Origin: Octopus sinensis
Lineage: Eukaryota
DNA: 64,000 nt
Assembly: GCF_006345805.1 (NCBI RefSeq)
Contig: NC_043002.1
Location: 90,148,001 to 90,212,000 of the forward strand
Reading direction: 5' to 3'
In this document: positions 23,938 through 38,087 of the stretch, one piece after another
How the letters are laid out: every line of letters starts with the position of its first letter
How positions within the stretch are numbered: position 1 is the stretch's first letter
Position numbers and translations under genes: made by a program
Notes under the pieces: generated by a model
The model's input: the letters and a program-made list of their open reading frames with translations, nothing else
The model's database searches: none
Told to the model about the DNA's origin: nothing

Positions 23938-26900
23938 TATTATATAACAGTAGACACAGGCATGGTGCAGGTGTAGCTGTATGTGGTAAGAAACTTGTTT
24001 CCGAATCATGTGGTCTTCGGTTCAGTCCCACTCTATGGCATCTAGATCAAATGTCTTCTAGTATTGCTCCAGACCTACATATGCTTTATGAGTGGATTTG
24101 GCTGACAGAAACTGAAAAGAAGGCTGTTGTGTATATGAATGTATGTAGATATATTTGTATGTACATGTATTTTATATGTATATATGTACGTATATATGTA
24201 TGTATATGTATGTACATATGTGTTTGTTTGCACAGAAACACACATGTGTACCATGTCTGCACATCATATAACAGTCGTAAATGAGCATCACCATCATACA
24301 AGCAAGGTTGTTAATTTCCAATTTTCTTTTAAAAGCATGCATTCCTAAAGAAAAAAATATTACCTTGCTTGGAAACAAGTGAGGATTGGTACGGGAAGAG
24401 CATCTGACCATAGTAAAATCTGCCTCAGTAATTTCCAGCTAAGCCTTATGAGCATGGGAAAATGAACATTAAAGGACAAAAGATTGTGATGTACTGTGGT
24501 TGTGAGGTTAAAAGTACTGAACTACTTATTCCATTGTTCTGAGTTCAATACTTACTACAACAGCTGTCTTCCATAACTGCAAGAATACCGTGTATACACA
24601 AAAAATCTATATTATTAAAATTAAAATTCAGAATGTTCTGGAAACAGCTAATATATAACATTTATATGATTCTGTTATCATTACATTGATAAATAGAGTG
24701 GCATTTTTGCTTTACTGATGATATCACAGAATATATATGGTACTCTATTGGTTATGATGACAAGAGTTCCAGTTGATCTGGTCAACAGAACAGCCAGCTC
24801 GTGAAATTAATGTGCAAGTGGCTGAGCACTCCACAGATACGTGTACCCTTAACGTAGTTCTCAGGGAGATTCAGCATGACACAGATTGTGACAAGGCTGG
24901 AACTTTGAAATACAGACACTACTCATTTTTGCCAGCTGAGTAGACTGGAGCAGCATGAAATAAAGTGTCTTGCTGAAGGACAGAATGCATCGCTGAGAGT
25001 TGAACTAACGACCTTACAATCGTGAGTTGAATACCCTAACCACTAAGCCATGCATCTTCATGATATCACAGTAATACTGACACATATCCAGATTTGTTTC
25101 CCATTCTTGACAAAAAATGTAAATGATATTAGTCAGTGATAAAGGTTTTTTTTCCTCACCACATTTTTTTCTGAACATTTGGTGTTTTAAAAATGCTTAT
25201 ACTAGCTAAACAGTGGTGCTATATGAAAGCCTGATCCAGTGTAGAGTTTTGGGCTAGGAGCAGAGAGAGACTTTGAAAGCCAGCTGTTTGGGGCAGTACA
25301 GTTAATTCTATATACCATATTCTACCTGTTATGAAGAATTTGTGTTAAATTTTCTGGAAATATTACCTGTGATAATGTAGTGTCCAGTCTGAGAGATTTG
25401 TGTCATTTTCCTAATATCAACAAGATGGATCTTAAGAGATAACTCTGAGGAACTCTGTGGGACATCACAGAACAAACAGTGGATAATGTAGTCCTTGATA
25501 TACTATAGCTGAATTAGAGTTGGGATGGTTATGGTTGAAATATGCCTGATCTTTAATGAGATCTTGGGCTAAATGATGACCACAACAACAACAGGTCTGT
25601 AGGATTTAGTAGATATTATTAAGCAAAGACAAATGAAGATGAGAAATTTTCTTTTCGTGACATCAGTATTGCCATTATTTATCACTAGAGGGCAGTTGTG
25701 TTGTAGGTGGTGGATGACTGTAAAACATGGGATCACTACTTGGTACCCCAACCTGTGAGGAATAGCAATGAAATCTCCCTAACATCATAAGACTACCATC
25801 TTAGGGAAAATGAAAGAATACATTGTATGATGTGTAATTCTTGATACACAGTATCTGAAAAATGTTACTATGGTCATGGCTGCAGTGCCTTTGATCATAG
25901 TTCAGCCTTATTGAGCTGACCAAGGGCTAAACAATTACCATTTGTATGCAAGTGATGAGTTTTTAGAAAGTTATTGTCTTTATTATTCTAACACCACCAT
26001 CACTGTTGTATATTGGCAGCATAATTACAGGTTTCAATTTTACATTATGATTTCAAATCCACTTATAAACGGCAATATAGAAATGAAAATCTTGCTAATT
26101 GCTTTCTAAATAGTCACTTCATAACTAAATGCTATATGTAAGCTTTGTTATTCAGATATTTTTCCCCATGTCTTTTAATTAAATTTCCATCTAGGAAACC
26201 AAATTTGTGAGCTGACTGATAATAATTATACATTTTATTTTATGAAACATCTCGCTATATTGTTGTATTCAAGATATGTTCTTCTATTAATGTTTTTAAA
26301 AAAAAAATCAATTATCATGCTAAATGCAAGTTTTCTTGTGGCATAATATCAAATGATCCTCTCAGCATTTGTCGGTTTACTGAGTGATTTTGAAGAGTGT
26401 ATGATATGGAATAGAGAGAGAGAGAGGCACACAACAATAATGGCCGACATTGGAGTTGACACTGTCGCTTGTGTAGGAAAGGTTTCTTTTAGAGTGGAAT
26501 AAGAGAAGAGAAAATGTGTAGTCAAAGAGAAAATAAAATAAATAGCTTGATGGTGCTGGGAATCTTCCCTAATTAAAAGGAAAACAAAAGTTGTCAGTGT
26601 GTGAAATGCTCTCAATTCAATTTAGGATAGTTTGCTGTTTAAACCAAAGATTGCGTAAAGAGATTTTGGTAAGGTATCAGTGTTCACACCGATCAATATT
26701 TTCAACAGGTATCTAAACTGACACAAGAAACTTTGGTTTCAACATTCTGGACAAACATTTTGTAGGAAAAAGGAAAAAAAGCAAAAAAAAAAAAATAATA
26801 ATAATAACAAAAAGCAAAAAAACAAAATTGTTTTAACCTTAACCAACTAACTAACCATATTCCAGAACCAAGGAGAGAGGACTGATACGAATAAAATGAC

Positions 26901-27729
26901 AAAAACTGCAAAAAGAAAAAAAAAGCAAGCTTGAATAGCAGACTAATTACTTTTAAAAGCCTGAAATCTTGGTAAATAGTTCTTCTCCAACCAGCTAGAA
27001 TCTCAGTTTCTAAAATTGAGCTTTATGTTTTTATAAATCTCATAATATTTTCCATTTCTGCAATGAAATTAGTTTTTAAGCCTCATTCTTGCATGCTATA
27101 ATGCTATCTACCATTATTTACATTGTTCCATTCATATGTTGATTTGTCTTCAGTGTTTTTTTGTCTTTCCTTTTCATTTGTCCAACATTTTCTGCTTTGT
27201 CTTTCTTTCTTCTCTGCTTTATTTTCTCTCAGATTCTGCCCCCCCCACCTCTTCTCTCCTTTCCTTCCTTCTATTCACTCTGTTCTCTGGTTTTTCTATT
27301 TCTATTCCTTATCTTTCCCTGTTTATTTATTCTTTACCATTTCCTTTTCTATCCTGCCTACTCCTACAACCTACCCCTCCTCCTCCCCCCAGTCCACTTC
27401 CTCCTCCCACCACAACCCATCTTTCTTTGTTCTTCACTCTTCCTCCTTTCAACACAATCAATGAAAAGCATCTCTATATGGTTTCTCAGCTTGCTAGAAA
27501 TAGCCAACAAATCTCCCTCCAACCACACTCTACCATCTTACAAAAAAAAAAAAGAAGTACAAGTTGTATAATGAAGTCTTTGATTTTATTTATCAGTTTG
27601 GTTTGGAAGAAAGGGGGCAATGCCCATGACTATTGCATGTTCTTCCTAATTGTTGATACTGAAGGCCTTCAAGTTATGCTTAAACTGTTGCAAGTGAATA
27701 GCTGCAAGAAAGTTAGACTGGGGCCAGGG

Positions 27730-28130
27730 AGGGAGGTTAGCATGATCTGAGGTATGAGGTAAAGAAGGCCTTATTCATGAGTGGTGTGAGTCAGGAGACT
27801 GAATTGGTTGATAAAATTACTGATGCTGGCACAGTAACATGCCAGCTTCAGTATTCAGTCCTCAGAAGAGGCGAGGTTAACTTAAAAACCCAAACTTGCT
27901 AGGTTCAATTTAGTTTTTGTGCCTTTCCTCACCTATGGACATGAATGTAAGGTGATAATGACCAAAAGAGTACTATTGCAAATTCAAATGGCTGAAATGG
28001 GGTTCCACTGAAGGACCTCTAAGGTACAAAGTTTGGATGTCAGGGAGTCTATCCAGGTCAAGCTGCTACTTCTCTGCATTGAGGGGACACAGCTGCAGTA
28101 CTACAGATGTGTGATTAGAATGTGACAGTG
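27730..28130 (+). mobile_element. RTE LINE C-terminal fragment, degenerate
   Basis: Translation includes KTQTC..FNLVFVPFLTYGHECKVIMTKRVLLQIQMAEMGF and ...LLLLCIEGTQLQYY, matching the RTE C-terminal pattern (LTYGHE.W.MT...IQ..EM.FLR; IE..QLRW.GHV.RM). Confidence 0.8.
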
Positions 28131-28884
28131 AAGGCATGTGGTTTAGTGGTGAGGGTATTCGGCTTGAAATTGTAAAGTCATGAATTTGATTTCCAGTAGT
28201 GCATTGTGTCCTTCAGCAAGACATTCTATTTCATGTTGCTCCAGTTCATTCAGCTGGCAAAAATGAGTTGTACCTGTATTTCAAAGAACCAAGCTTGTCA
28301 CATTCTGTGTCATGCTGAATCTCCCTGAGAACTACATTAAGGATACATGTGACTGCAGATGGCTTGGCCACTTGCACGTTAAGTTCATGAGGATCAATTG
28401 CACGTTAAATTCATGAGGATCAACAGGGTTGGATCAAATGGAACCCTCGTTGTCATAACCTATGGAGATCTAGTTAGAATGGGGCAATAAAAAATTGAAA
28501 GATGGGTTATTTAAGCTGGCCCAAATGGCAGAAGTAGGAGTAGACCAAAGAGTAAAATAGCTGGATAATATCTGTAGTCTCAGCTGGTCATGCTTGAGAA
28601 TCCAGCAGAAAAGTGTAATGATGGTTGCTCCTGATAGGTAACAAAAGGTAAAGTTACAGTCTCGAGTCATGCTGACTCATAAGGGCCAGTTTCCTGGTTT
28701 CATGGTGTGTAAACTCTCCACCTGGATGCAACACCCGACTGTTACAAGATTACTCATTTTTGCCAGCTGAGTGGTCAACAGCATGAAATGAAGTGTTTTT
28801 CTCAAGACCACCATGTATCATTTGATCCAGGAATTGAAACCACAATCTTACGATCACGAGTCCAACACCCTAACCACTAAGTCA

Positions 28885-29460
28885 CATGCCTCCACGCTTC
28901 TGATGGGACCCTATGAAGGTGGTGCCTGAGGACTTTATCCCCATTACCCTTCCAGGAATAGTGGATAGAGGAGGAGAAATGAATGAGTTAGAAGTGGCTA
29001 AATGGAGGAAACTCAACTTTGATGAACATAGGCCACTATTGTAGTTGTGGCAGGAAAGGCAGAGAGGGAGGACACAAATGTCTATGGCCAAATGGTCAAG
29101 GAGGTTTGAGAGTAATTTGATGTTGATCAGTCAGATGGTGTTTCTATCAATGCAGTCTAAGATGTTTGTGTGTGTAGCAGTGGTACTATTCCAGTCGTAG
29201 GAAGCAGTACTCCATTGTAGGCAACACTAGCATAGCTAGAAGGGGATGTAGGAGAAGTCTGCTCTGGGCAACAATTTTATGGAGGCTGCACCAATTTTGG
29301 TTCTGCTGTAGATAATATGTATTTTCTGTGGAGGCCCAAGGGAAACAAACTGAAGGGCCACTCTGGGTGGCACATATTCTAGCTATGTTAGTGGTGGGTA
29401 ACAAGCTTTGTAGAGGATTATAAATACATGGAAGCCTGAAGGCCAAGTTTTGAAAGACTG
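28885..29460 (-). mobile_element. CR1/Jockey/L2-like LINE 3' fragment, degenerate
   Basis: Minus frames give PTMEYC, LDCIDRNTI*LINIKLLSNLLDHLA and LCLSCHNYNSGLCSSKL, resembling RPxMEYC..LDSIQRRAIRLI..LCLFYRYY.GLCSSEL. Confidence 0.7.
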
Positions 29461-31309
29461 TATCAGATAATAGCTGAAAGTTTTGATGGTAGTATTAATA
29501 TTTGGTGGTGAGGATTTATATAGTGGCTTTGTTGATGATGGTGGTCACGTCAGTGTAGATTGTGGTGGTGATGATGAGAATAATGGTAGTGTAGTTAGTG
29601 GTAGGCACTCTGTGGCTAAAAATAAGATGGAGAGTCATGGTTGAGAGACTTTTGATCATATATCAGTTAGAGACGGTTTTTCCCTGGGGCTAAACTGTAA
29701 CAATATCTTCCCTGTAACCTCTGCCATTTCTTGTCTTTTTCTTCAACACAAAATCCAGTACATTATCTCTCTTTGATAATAGGGCTACTGGATCAGAACT
29801 GATTTGGAATTAAAAATCAACAACAAATCAAATTCTATTCTTAAATTCCCCTCCTCCTCCTCCGCCCCTCTTCCAGTTTGCTGTTCCCCTAAATTGTGTA
29901 TTGTGTATTGTATTGATGATGAGGATGATCAAGTTGGATCTAAAATGAAATAAGGTACTGTGGTGTTAATGGTAAGAATGATGATGATGATGATGATGAA
30001 ATAGACAATCCCTCCCACCCCACATATCTGATAGAAGTGGGTGAGGAATAAAGAAGTCTTTATCTCTTTTATATTTCACAGAAGGTGATGTGTTAAGGTG
30101 AGAGAGACAGATCCAAAGTTGTTATAATGTGGATCCTCATCCACTTGTATGTTATTGTTGGCACTGTAATATTCTCGTTTCCGTTTCCGTGTCTTATTAT
30201 CTTTGACTCATCTATTGTGCTATCACTGACAGCTCTGCAAAACAATGACTTTGAAAAGTCTACCTTGCCTGTAACTCAAATTCATAATTATCACATAACT
30301 GATACAGACTCCAGCTGAGAACTCATACAAGGGCCCTACTACTACTGACCTCCTACAACAACTGCCTATCTGACTTTATAGTGTCTGGTTCATACCACTT
30401 TGTCACGTGGGAAGGGGAGTATCATTTTCTCTACAACAAAAGTCAAAGTGGCTGACTCCATTAATATTTTCACAATATGTCACCTTTTATCACACAGCCA
30501 GATGGAAGTCAGGTTCTCAGAGACAGGTACTATTTTTCAAGGTTGACAGTATTTGACAGTATATTTCTAAATCATTATGTAACTCTTTTCTTATTTTGAA
30601 TTTTCTGTAGTTAAAATCATAGGTTATGGTCAATTAAGAAATATTATATTAAGTTTAAAGATATTAAAGTTCGTCTTTGTCTAGCTGTTCTTGTTTTAGT
30701 ACCAGCCACTATGCCTAAATTCATTTGTGATTAAAACTGACAATTTTTGCTTTCTTTAGAAGTCATTCTCAATTAACCTTTTGCCTGTTGAAAACATCTT
30801 CATAAGTTTGTCCTAAAATGTTCATGCTTGTTTTCAGAGTTTTATTTAGCCTTTGTTTCATATATTCTGCGTTATATAAAGCTTTCCTTTCATAAGTCCC
30901 AAGTTCCACAGGTTCCCTCCACACTTAGAGATTGGCAGACGCTAAATTGGTTTCAAATTTTGTCACAAGGCCAGAAATTTTTGAGGAGAGAGTAAGTCAA
31001 TTATGTCGACCCCAGTGTCTAACTGGTGCTTATTTTATCAACTCCAAGAGGACAAAAGACAAAGTTGACCTCAGTGGAATTTGAACTCAAAACATAAAGA
31101 TGGACAAAGTGCTGCTAGACATTTTGTCTGTCATGGAAATGGTTCTGCCAGCTCATCACCTTTATGTTCACTACAATATTTAGCTCATCACTATATTACT
31201 CTTTTTCTCTTTTACTTGTTTCAGTCATTTGACTGCGGCCATGCTGGAGCACCACATGTTTGGCTTCATTTTGTATTTTCTGTTGCTTGGAAAGTACTCT
31301 GATAAATAG

Positions 31310-31640
31310 TAGTAGTACTATTTTCTGAATGTGTATGAATGTAAGTCATCAAGGTTTGGGTGACATGTTTGCTGCATGTTTATTTTTAATCATTCCTGAA
31401 GCACCTCTTATTGTAGTTGATTGTTTTCCCCCTACACATTTGGGTTATCCCTATTATTTCCAGATATTTATATGTGGATAATTTCTCCATTTCTTTAAGA
31501 GCTACATTATCATCTGTTGGGACTGATATTTTGATTCAGAGAGATATCCTTTCTTATTGTAACCCTTGACGATAATATCTGGTCAATTAGCCTTGATCTC
31601 TTTGTCTGCTAATGTAGATTAGCATATCCCAGAGCATATA
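31310..31640 (-). mobile_element. R4/Dong-like LINE restriction-like endonuclease fragment
   Basis: Minus strand: LWDMLIYI..DKEIKAN*PDIIVKGYNKK...SVPTDDNVALKEMEKLSTYKYLEI, the LWD..IQTD..I.ANRPDI..KE.EK..KY pattern. Confidence 0.85.
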
Positions 31641-32429
31641 GACATTATTATTATTAAGGCTTAACACCTGCATTACTAAAGCTTTAACACCTAAGCCAAT
31701 AAAGGTTTAACATCCAACCTAATTAAGGACACCCAGGACACCTAAACTGATTAGAGCTCACCATCTAATGTTATAATTTTATGGAACTTGCTAAACATTT
31801 TGAACCTTCAACTGTCAAAATCTCATATTTTTCACAGTTTATTGTAGGTTAATCCTCCTTTATTCTGAATGAAAATGACAACTTCCTTCTACATTTTTAG
31901 CCTCGACCTCCGAGTCTTTTCTTTGTTTCATTCTTTAGAAGAAGTTGTTATTTATTAACAGCTATATTTTTGAAGAATAAATATAGTTGGTGATGATAAG
32001 TGACCAAGATCTTTGGCAATATGCTGTGCTTGAGAAGACTCATCAAGCCAAGTGAAATCATAGTTGTGGCCCTTGTCGGTAGCATGATCTTTGAATGTTG
32101 GGCCTCACTGAATCAACGACAAGTGATCAAGACCTTTGACAATATGCGGTGCTTGAGAAAATTTGTCAAGCCAACCAAAATAATAGTCATGGCCGTTGCC
32201 AGTGTCAATTAAATGGCACTCATGAAATCGTAGTTGCAGCCATTGCCAGTGTTGTGTAAATGGCACTGATGTTGGTGGCATGTAAATATCACCCATTACA
32301 CTCTTGGAATGGTTGGCATTAGGAAGGGCATCCTGCTGTAGAAACCATGCCAAATCAGACTGGAACCTGGTGCAGCCCTCTGGCTTACCAGTTCCAGGCA
32401 ACTGTTTAACCCATGCCAGCAGACATTAA

Positions 32430-32462
<33 letters not shown>

Positions 32463-33784
32463 AACAGAATTGGTAAATACATGAAGGCTCTTTTCAGAAA
32501 ATTTTGGTTTTAGGCTTACCTAGATTTTGTATTTTTCTAAATTCTTTATAATTTTCTTGACTATCATTTTTTATTTCTTTTATTTTTATGTCTAATATAT
32601 TTTGAATTCTTACAAATCCCCACATTGAGCAAGAATTCTCACGTGCCACATTAGTGTGTCACTCAGAGTTAGTTAAATATCACTTTTTATATAAAATAGG
32701 TTGATTTCTGAATAGCATAGTTCTTTTGTGTGCGACCCTGTTGTTAAAGGTTTTTAAATCTCTTTTCATGATAGCAAACTCCTTTCATCTGCTTTAACTG
32801 ATGGGATTATTTTCATTGAAAAATTGTTTTACTTTCTCTGAAAATTGATTTCCTACACAAAAACCTTAGAATGTAGAGGGAGAATGGAAAATGAGATTGT
32901 GTGACATACATACGTTTTTCGAAGGTAATTGTAATATAACCACTTTTTTTTTGTTTTTTCTATACCATGCTCAGTGTTTCTTCTAAACTGTGCCATCAAT
33001 TTGTAATAATTTTGAGAGAAGATTGTTCAAAAGTTTCTAAATATATCTATGATTGATTTTCTTTTTATCTTTCTATTATTGTGATCCAGTGTTTCAATAG
33101 TATTAAAAATACCAATCATTTCTTCCCCACAAATATCCATATTATCATAAAGTGTGTTTTAGTATCTAGCATATATTGCTGTGATTCAATAACGATGAGC
33201 TCCTAAAATATTTACTATATATTTATTCACATCGCTCTAGCAATTAAATTTGTGTGATCTTATAAAAAGAAAAATTGATTGCCTTTAAAAATAGTTTTCA
33301 ATTGGATGAGATATTGATTCAAGAAGCTTCCACTTCAAATTCCCTTATCACATTTCTGTATTTATAGTTCAGTAACAATGAAATATTGTTTACTTTAGAA
33401 ACGCAATGAAGCTTTTAAGTTGGTTGTAGTAACAACCATACACTGTCTGATATTGACCCAACATTATTTTATGAGTTAAAACTTTTAAAACTTAAATAAC
33501 TGAATAATTATTTTCCAGATGATGGATATTTAACAAAAATATTTCAGAATTATAAAAAAACAAACAAACTATGATATAAATTTTAATCTGTTTACCTGAT
33601 CAATAGCATGGAAATTGAATCTGTTATTACTATTTTTTAAATAATTGTATTCTGTCTCAGCATCCTTCCGTTTGTGCAGAAGTTGAAATTGGCTGCCAAA
33701 TCTCACTCAAATCTCAGCTTACTTATGAATTGTAGGTATCTCCAGTTGGGGAAAGAAACTTGGTCACATAATTTGACTAGCTTA

Positions 33785-34190
33785 TCCATAATAATAAATG
33801 TGAAATTCTATCTGTCCGTTTGTCCAGGACCAATGTATCTCAGTCTATATTTGTTCTACATAGACATATTATACCTTTTTGGAGTCAGGATGATCCCGGG
33901 ATTGAAAATCTGCCCTTCATTTTGTTCTTGAACATCCAGCATTTGGGAGTAGGTCTGGATGATGATTTGTTATATGCTAACAGTTGAAAATTCAAATTTT
34001 AAAAGAACTCCCAAAATTTGTGAACTTACAAGTTTTTCATTTAAACTGAATTTAAAGTAATACCATGTTGGTCAGGGGTATTACCATATTTGGTAAGGTA
34101 CCAATAAATGCTTTATTACTATTATTGCGCTCCTTAGTTTTGGGCTGCAGGCCCAATTAGTCCTCTGCAGGAGTATGGCTTTTAAGCTAA
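33785..34190 (+). mobile_element. Non-autonomous Helitron (family 2)
   Basis: A|TC start (TCCATAATAATAAA), ends TTTTAAGCTAA|T (decayed CTAG); reverse-complement copy at 53633-54038 with intact CTAG. Confidence 0.75.
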
Positions 34191-34712
34191 TATTCAAATA
34201 CAATGTGATGCTGTATGTATGTGCGTGTGTGTGTGTGTGTGTGTGTGTATGTATAAATGTGATCTTTTGTTTTCTAAAAAAAGAATTTGTTGAATTTTTT
34301 ATTTTTAAATTGCATTACTTACTAAAATGTACAATTTACTAAATTTCTTTTGGCCAGTCAAATCACTTGCTATCATTTACTGCATATGTGGAAATAATAT
34401 TGGTTTCAAATTTTGGCACAAGGCCAGCAATTTTGGTTGAAGGGGTTAAGTCAATTGCATCGCCCTCCCCACAATTTGAACACAGAAGGTTTGCATATAT
34501 AAGGCAATGAGCTGGCAGAATCGCTAGTATGCCAGACAAAATGTTTGGTGGCATTTCATCTGTCTTTACAATCTGAGTTCAAATTCCACTGGCATCAGCT
34601 TTGTCTTCTCTCCTTTTGGGTGGATAAAATAAGTACCAGCTGAGCACTGGGGTCGATATAATCAACTTAGCTGCTTCCCTGAAATTGCTGACCTTGTGTC
34701 AATATCTGAAAC

Positions 34713-34744
<32 letters not shown>

Positions 34745-34749
<5 letters not shown>

Positions 34750-35305
34750 TTTGAGTGAGAGAGCAGAGCATGCTATCGAAGTGACAATGGGGTAAAATAT
34801 ATGAAGCCCAGTATACCCATCATGACTACCCGTCTGATAAGGGTACATCAGGCACATGCATCACAACCATATGTGCGTGACATGGTGATCTCATATCAAG
34901 ATAAACAGTGTATGACCTTGCAGGTGGGGCCCAGTTAGAACTTTCTTCAGGTTGAGTAGCCCATTCCACTCAAAAGGTCCCTGAATAAGGGTTGTTTAAG
35001 GATGTTGAATGAAACACCTATGGTTCCAGAGGTGAATTATCTAAACCCCAAAGAATTCCTCTCAACACATAGCTGTCAAGCTCCCCCACTACTTCTGCTC
35101 ATGATCAAAGATGCACATATCGTCAGCCACTAAGGGACATGGTCAACTGCTTAAGGTCAAGCAACAGACAAGCAAATCTGTGGTATTGAGCAGAATATTT
35201 ACTGTGGCCCATCTTTTATACCAAGACAAAACAAAGTACATGATAGCACTTCCAATTAGTTAAGATGAGAAACCATGAGAGCCACTGCCTGGTACTGCAT
35301 CAGGG
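34745..35305. mobile_element. ~560-bp interspersed repeat flanked by (ATT)n, family unassigned
   Basis: GC-richer block between (ATT)n runs; an internal segment (GCTCAT.ATCA.AGATGCACATAT..TC.AGCCACTAAGGGACATG) recurs at 37320-37395. Confidence 0.6.
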
Positions 35306-35306
35306 C

Positions 35307-35354
<48 letters not shown>

Positions 35355-35589
35355 CATTAAGGCATCAAGCTGGCAGAATGGTTAGCATCCCAGGTAAAAT
35401 GCTTAGCAGTATTTCATCATCTGTCTTTATGTTCTGAGTTCAAATTCTGCTGAGGTTGACTTTGCCTTTCATCCTTTCAAGGTTAGTAAATTAAATACCA
35501 CTGAAACACTGGGGTCAATGTAATCGACTAATCCCCTCCACCTTCCTCCAAATTTCAGGTCTTGTGCCTTTAGTAGAAAGAATTAAAAT

Positions 35590-35815
35590 CATTATTATTA
35601 TTATTCCTTTGTAACACAGTGTAGGTTTTTAGTCATCTGTCAAGTCACAACAAGGACCTCTGACAGATAATACTTTCCTTAAGATATGCACTGTACCCAA
35701 TAAGGCTACTTTTTGCAAGACATCAATCTTGCATGGGATTTCCAGTTACCTTAAGAAGTCTTGAAATTTCAATGGGATTGAGCCCAATGCTCTGATCACC
35801 ACTGGCATCACTTTT
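35590..35815 (-). mobile_element. Extreme 3' end of an R4/Dong-like LINE with (AAT)n tail
   Basis: Minus: IKVMPVVIRALGSIPLKFQDFLR*LEIPCKIDVLQKVALLGTVHILRKVL, followed by an (AAT)n run. Confidence 0.85.
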
Positions 35816-35822
35816 ATATTAC

Positions 35823-35892
<70 letters not shown>

Positions 35893-35893
35893 C

Positions 35894-35931
<38 letters not shown>

Positions 35932-35965
35932 CGTAGTAGTAGTAGTCGTAGTAGTAGTAGTAGTG
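35815..35965. repeat. Compound microsatellite (TAT)n(TAG)n
   Basis: Directly visible; explains the poly-L/poly-I ORF 35814-36068. Confidence 0.98.
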
Positions 35966-36249
35966 GAAAATAATATGCATTTTCATGAGAATTAAAAGCT
36001 GTTAATTCTTCTGTAATTCTGTTCATCCAGAGTTTAATGGCAGTCACCATCTTTGTAACATAATACATATTTTTGTTAGTGTTAAAATGTTGGTCAATTC
36101 TTCAGTAGCTGTAAGCAAGGGGAAAAAATTAGCTGAAACTCAATGCATGAAATTAATACTACATACACTGCGGTTGAGAGGAGAATGAGATCAACTATCA
36201 CAGACCTTGAAATTTCAGTGAACCTTTGAACTGAACTTAGTCCTGTATC

Positions 36250-38033
36250 AATTCTATAAAAATGATTTGGGAAGATCCCTCAATTGATTACATGCAAAGA
36301 ATGAAAAGTGATAGGGATTTAAACGACCCCTCCCCCATACACACTTCTCAGACTTTAGTGCCAAATAGTTACATGGACACAATAGCAAGCAACCTTTGCT
36401 GAGAAAAAATTTGCAGTTATCTCTATAGACCTATAAAATTGCAGAGTAAATAAGAGTCAGATCAGGTCAGTGAATTTTCCTCCTGAGAAAAACACAAGCA
36501 ATACAGATCATGACTATTGGGATAACAATAAAACTGAGATGAACCCTCTGCCATTACATGAGCAAGCAGTAATCAATTATGATGAAAGAGAAGTAATGAG
36601 TGTAGAATGTAAACAACTGAAAGTAAACACAATTAACAGCACTAATAAAGAATTCCATGAGAAAACAATTTCCACACAAATTGATAGAAAACCTTCCATC
36701 ATGGTGTTATCTGGGATGGATCAAGTAGCTAAGGGAGATCAAAATCCCATATTTTGGATATTGAATGTTCTTCTATTCTGTGCTGCAATTACCATTCACC
36801 TACAGATGTGGAGGTGCAATGGCCCAGTGGTTAGGGCAGTGGTTGGAGGATTGCGGTTTCAATTCCCAGACCGGGCATTGTGAGTGTTTATTGAGCGAAA
36901 ACACCTAAAGTTCCACGAGGCTCTGGCAGGAGATGGTGGTGAACCCTGCTGTACTCTTCCACCACAACTTTCTCTCACTCTTTCTTCCTGTTTCTGTTGT
37001 ACCTATATTTCAAGGGGCCAGACTTGTCACACTCTTTGTCTTTCCCTTGGATAACATCGGTGGAGTGGAGAGAGGAGACTGGTATGCGTGGGCGACTGCT
37101 GGTCTTCCATATACAACCTTGCCCAGACTTGTGTCTCGGAGGGTAACTTTCTAGGTGCAATTCCATGGTCATTCATGACCGAAGGAAGTCACAACAGATG
37201 TGAGTAACAAAGATCAATTTCACTGGGTAACATGATGTTTATCCTTGGGTAGCAACTGCTGTTTCCTATTTGCTTACTCCTAGAAAGCACAAAAAATGGT
37301 TAATACTTTCTTCAAACTTTGCTCATAATCAGAGATGCACATATTGTCCAGCCACTAAGGGACATGCTCTGTGGTATTGAGCAGAATATTTGCTATAACG
37401 ATATTTCTGCTTCAGCATCTCAGTGCTGAATCTGTCTGAAATGTAATGGAAAATAGGTCAGTTTGAAAACATTGATGTCCAGGTTACTGAAACAAAGTTT
37501 GAAAGGAATAGTAGTCATTTCCTTTGATTTGTAGGTAGAAACAAATAGGAAATAACACTTACTGACCAAAGACAAAAAAACAACAAAATAAATAAAAAAT
37601 TTTGTTACAGTGTTATGAAAAGAAACAGTCAAAATGGATTACCTCCCTTCAGTAAAATATTGACAGACTTTGAAAAAATATTTGACAGCTAGATGCTATC
37701 ATTAAGTGCAAAGTAAATGATAAATTCATGAATACCCAGTCTAAAATCTATGGTAACTGTCAACACAAGACACAAATGGGCAATCTAATCATGCTTAAAC
37801 ATTAACTGTGAGTAGTAAGTGAAAGTTTTTAATTGGTGCAGGCGTAGCTGTGTGGTAAGAAGCTTGTTTCCCAACCACATGGTTCTGGGTTCAGTTCCAC
37901 TGCATGACACCTTGGGCAGTTGTCTTCTACTATAGTCTTGGGCCAACTCAAGTGAGTGGATTTGGTTGACAGAAACTGGAAGAAGCCCACTGTATATATG
38001 TGTGTGTGTGCGTGCATGTGTGTGTGTGTGCGT

Positions 38034-38087
<54 letters not shown>

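Noticed and set aside
26438-26518. Short ORF MADIGVDTVACVGKVSLEW... with Kozak-like context
   Set aside because: Only 26 codons, a weak donor (AAG|GTTTCT) and no homology recognised.
36470-36883. 137-aa plus-strand ORF as a host gene exon
   Set aside because: It lies within the R4/Dong-like relic and its end runs into a SINE; no host-protein motif or good splice donor.
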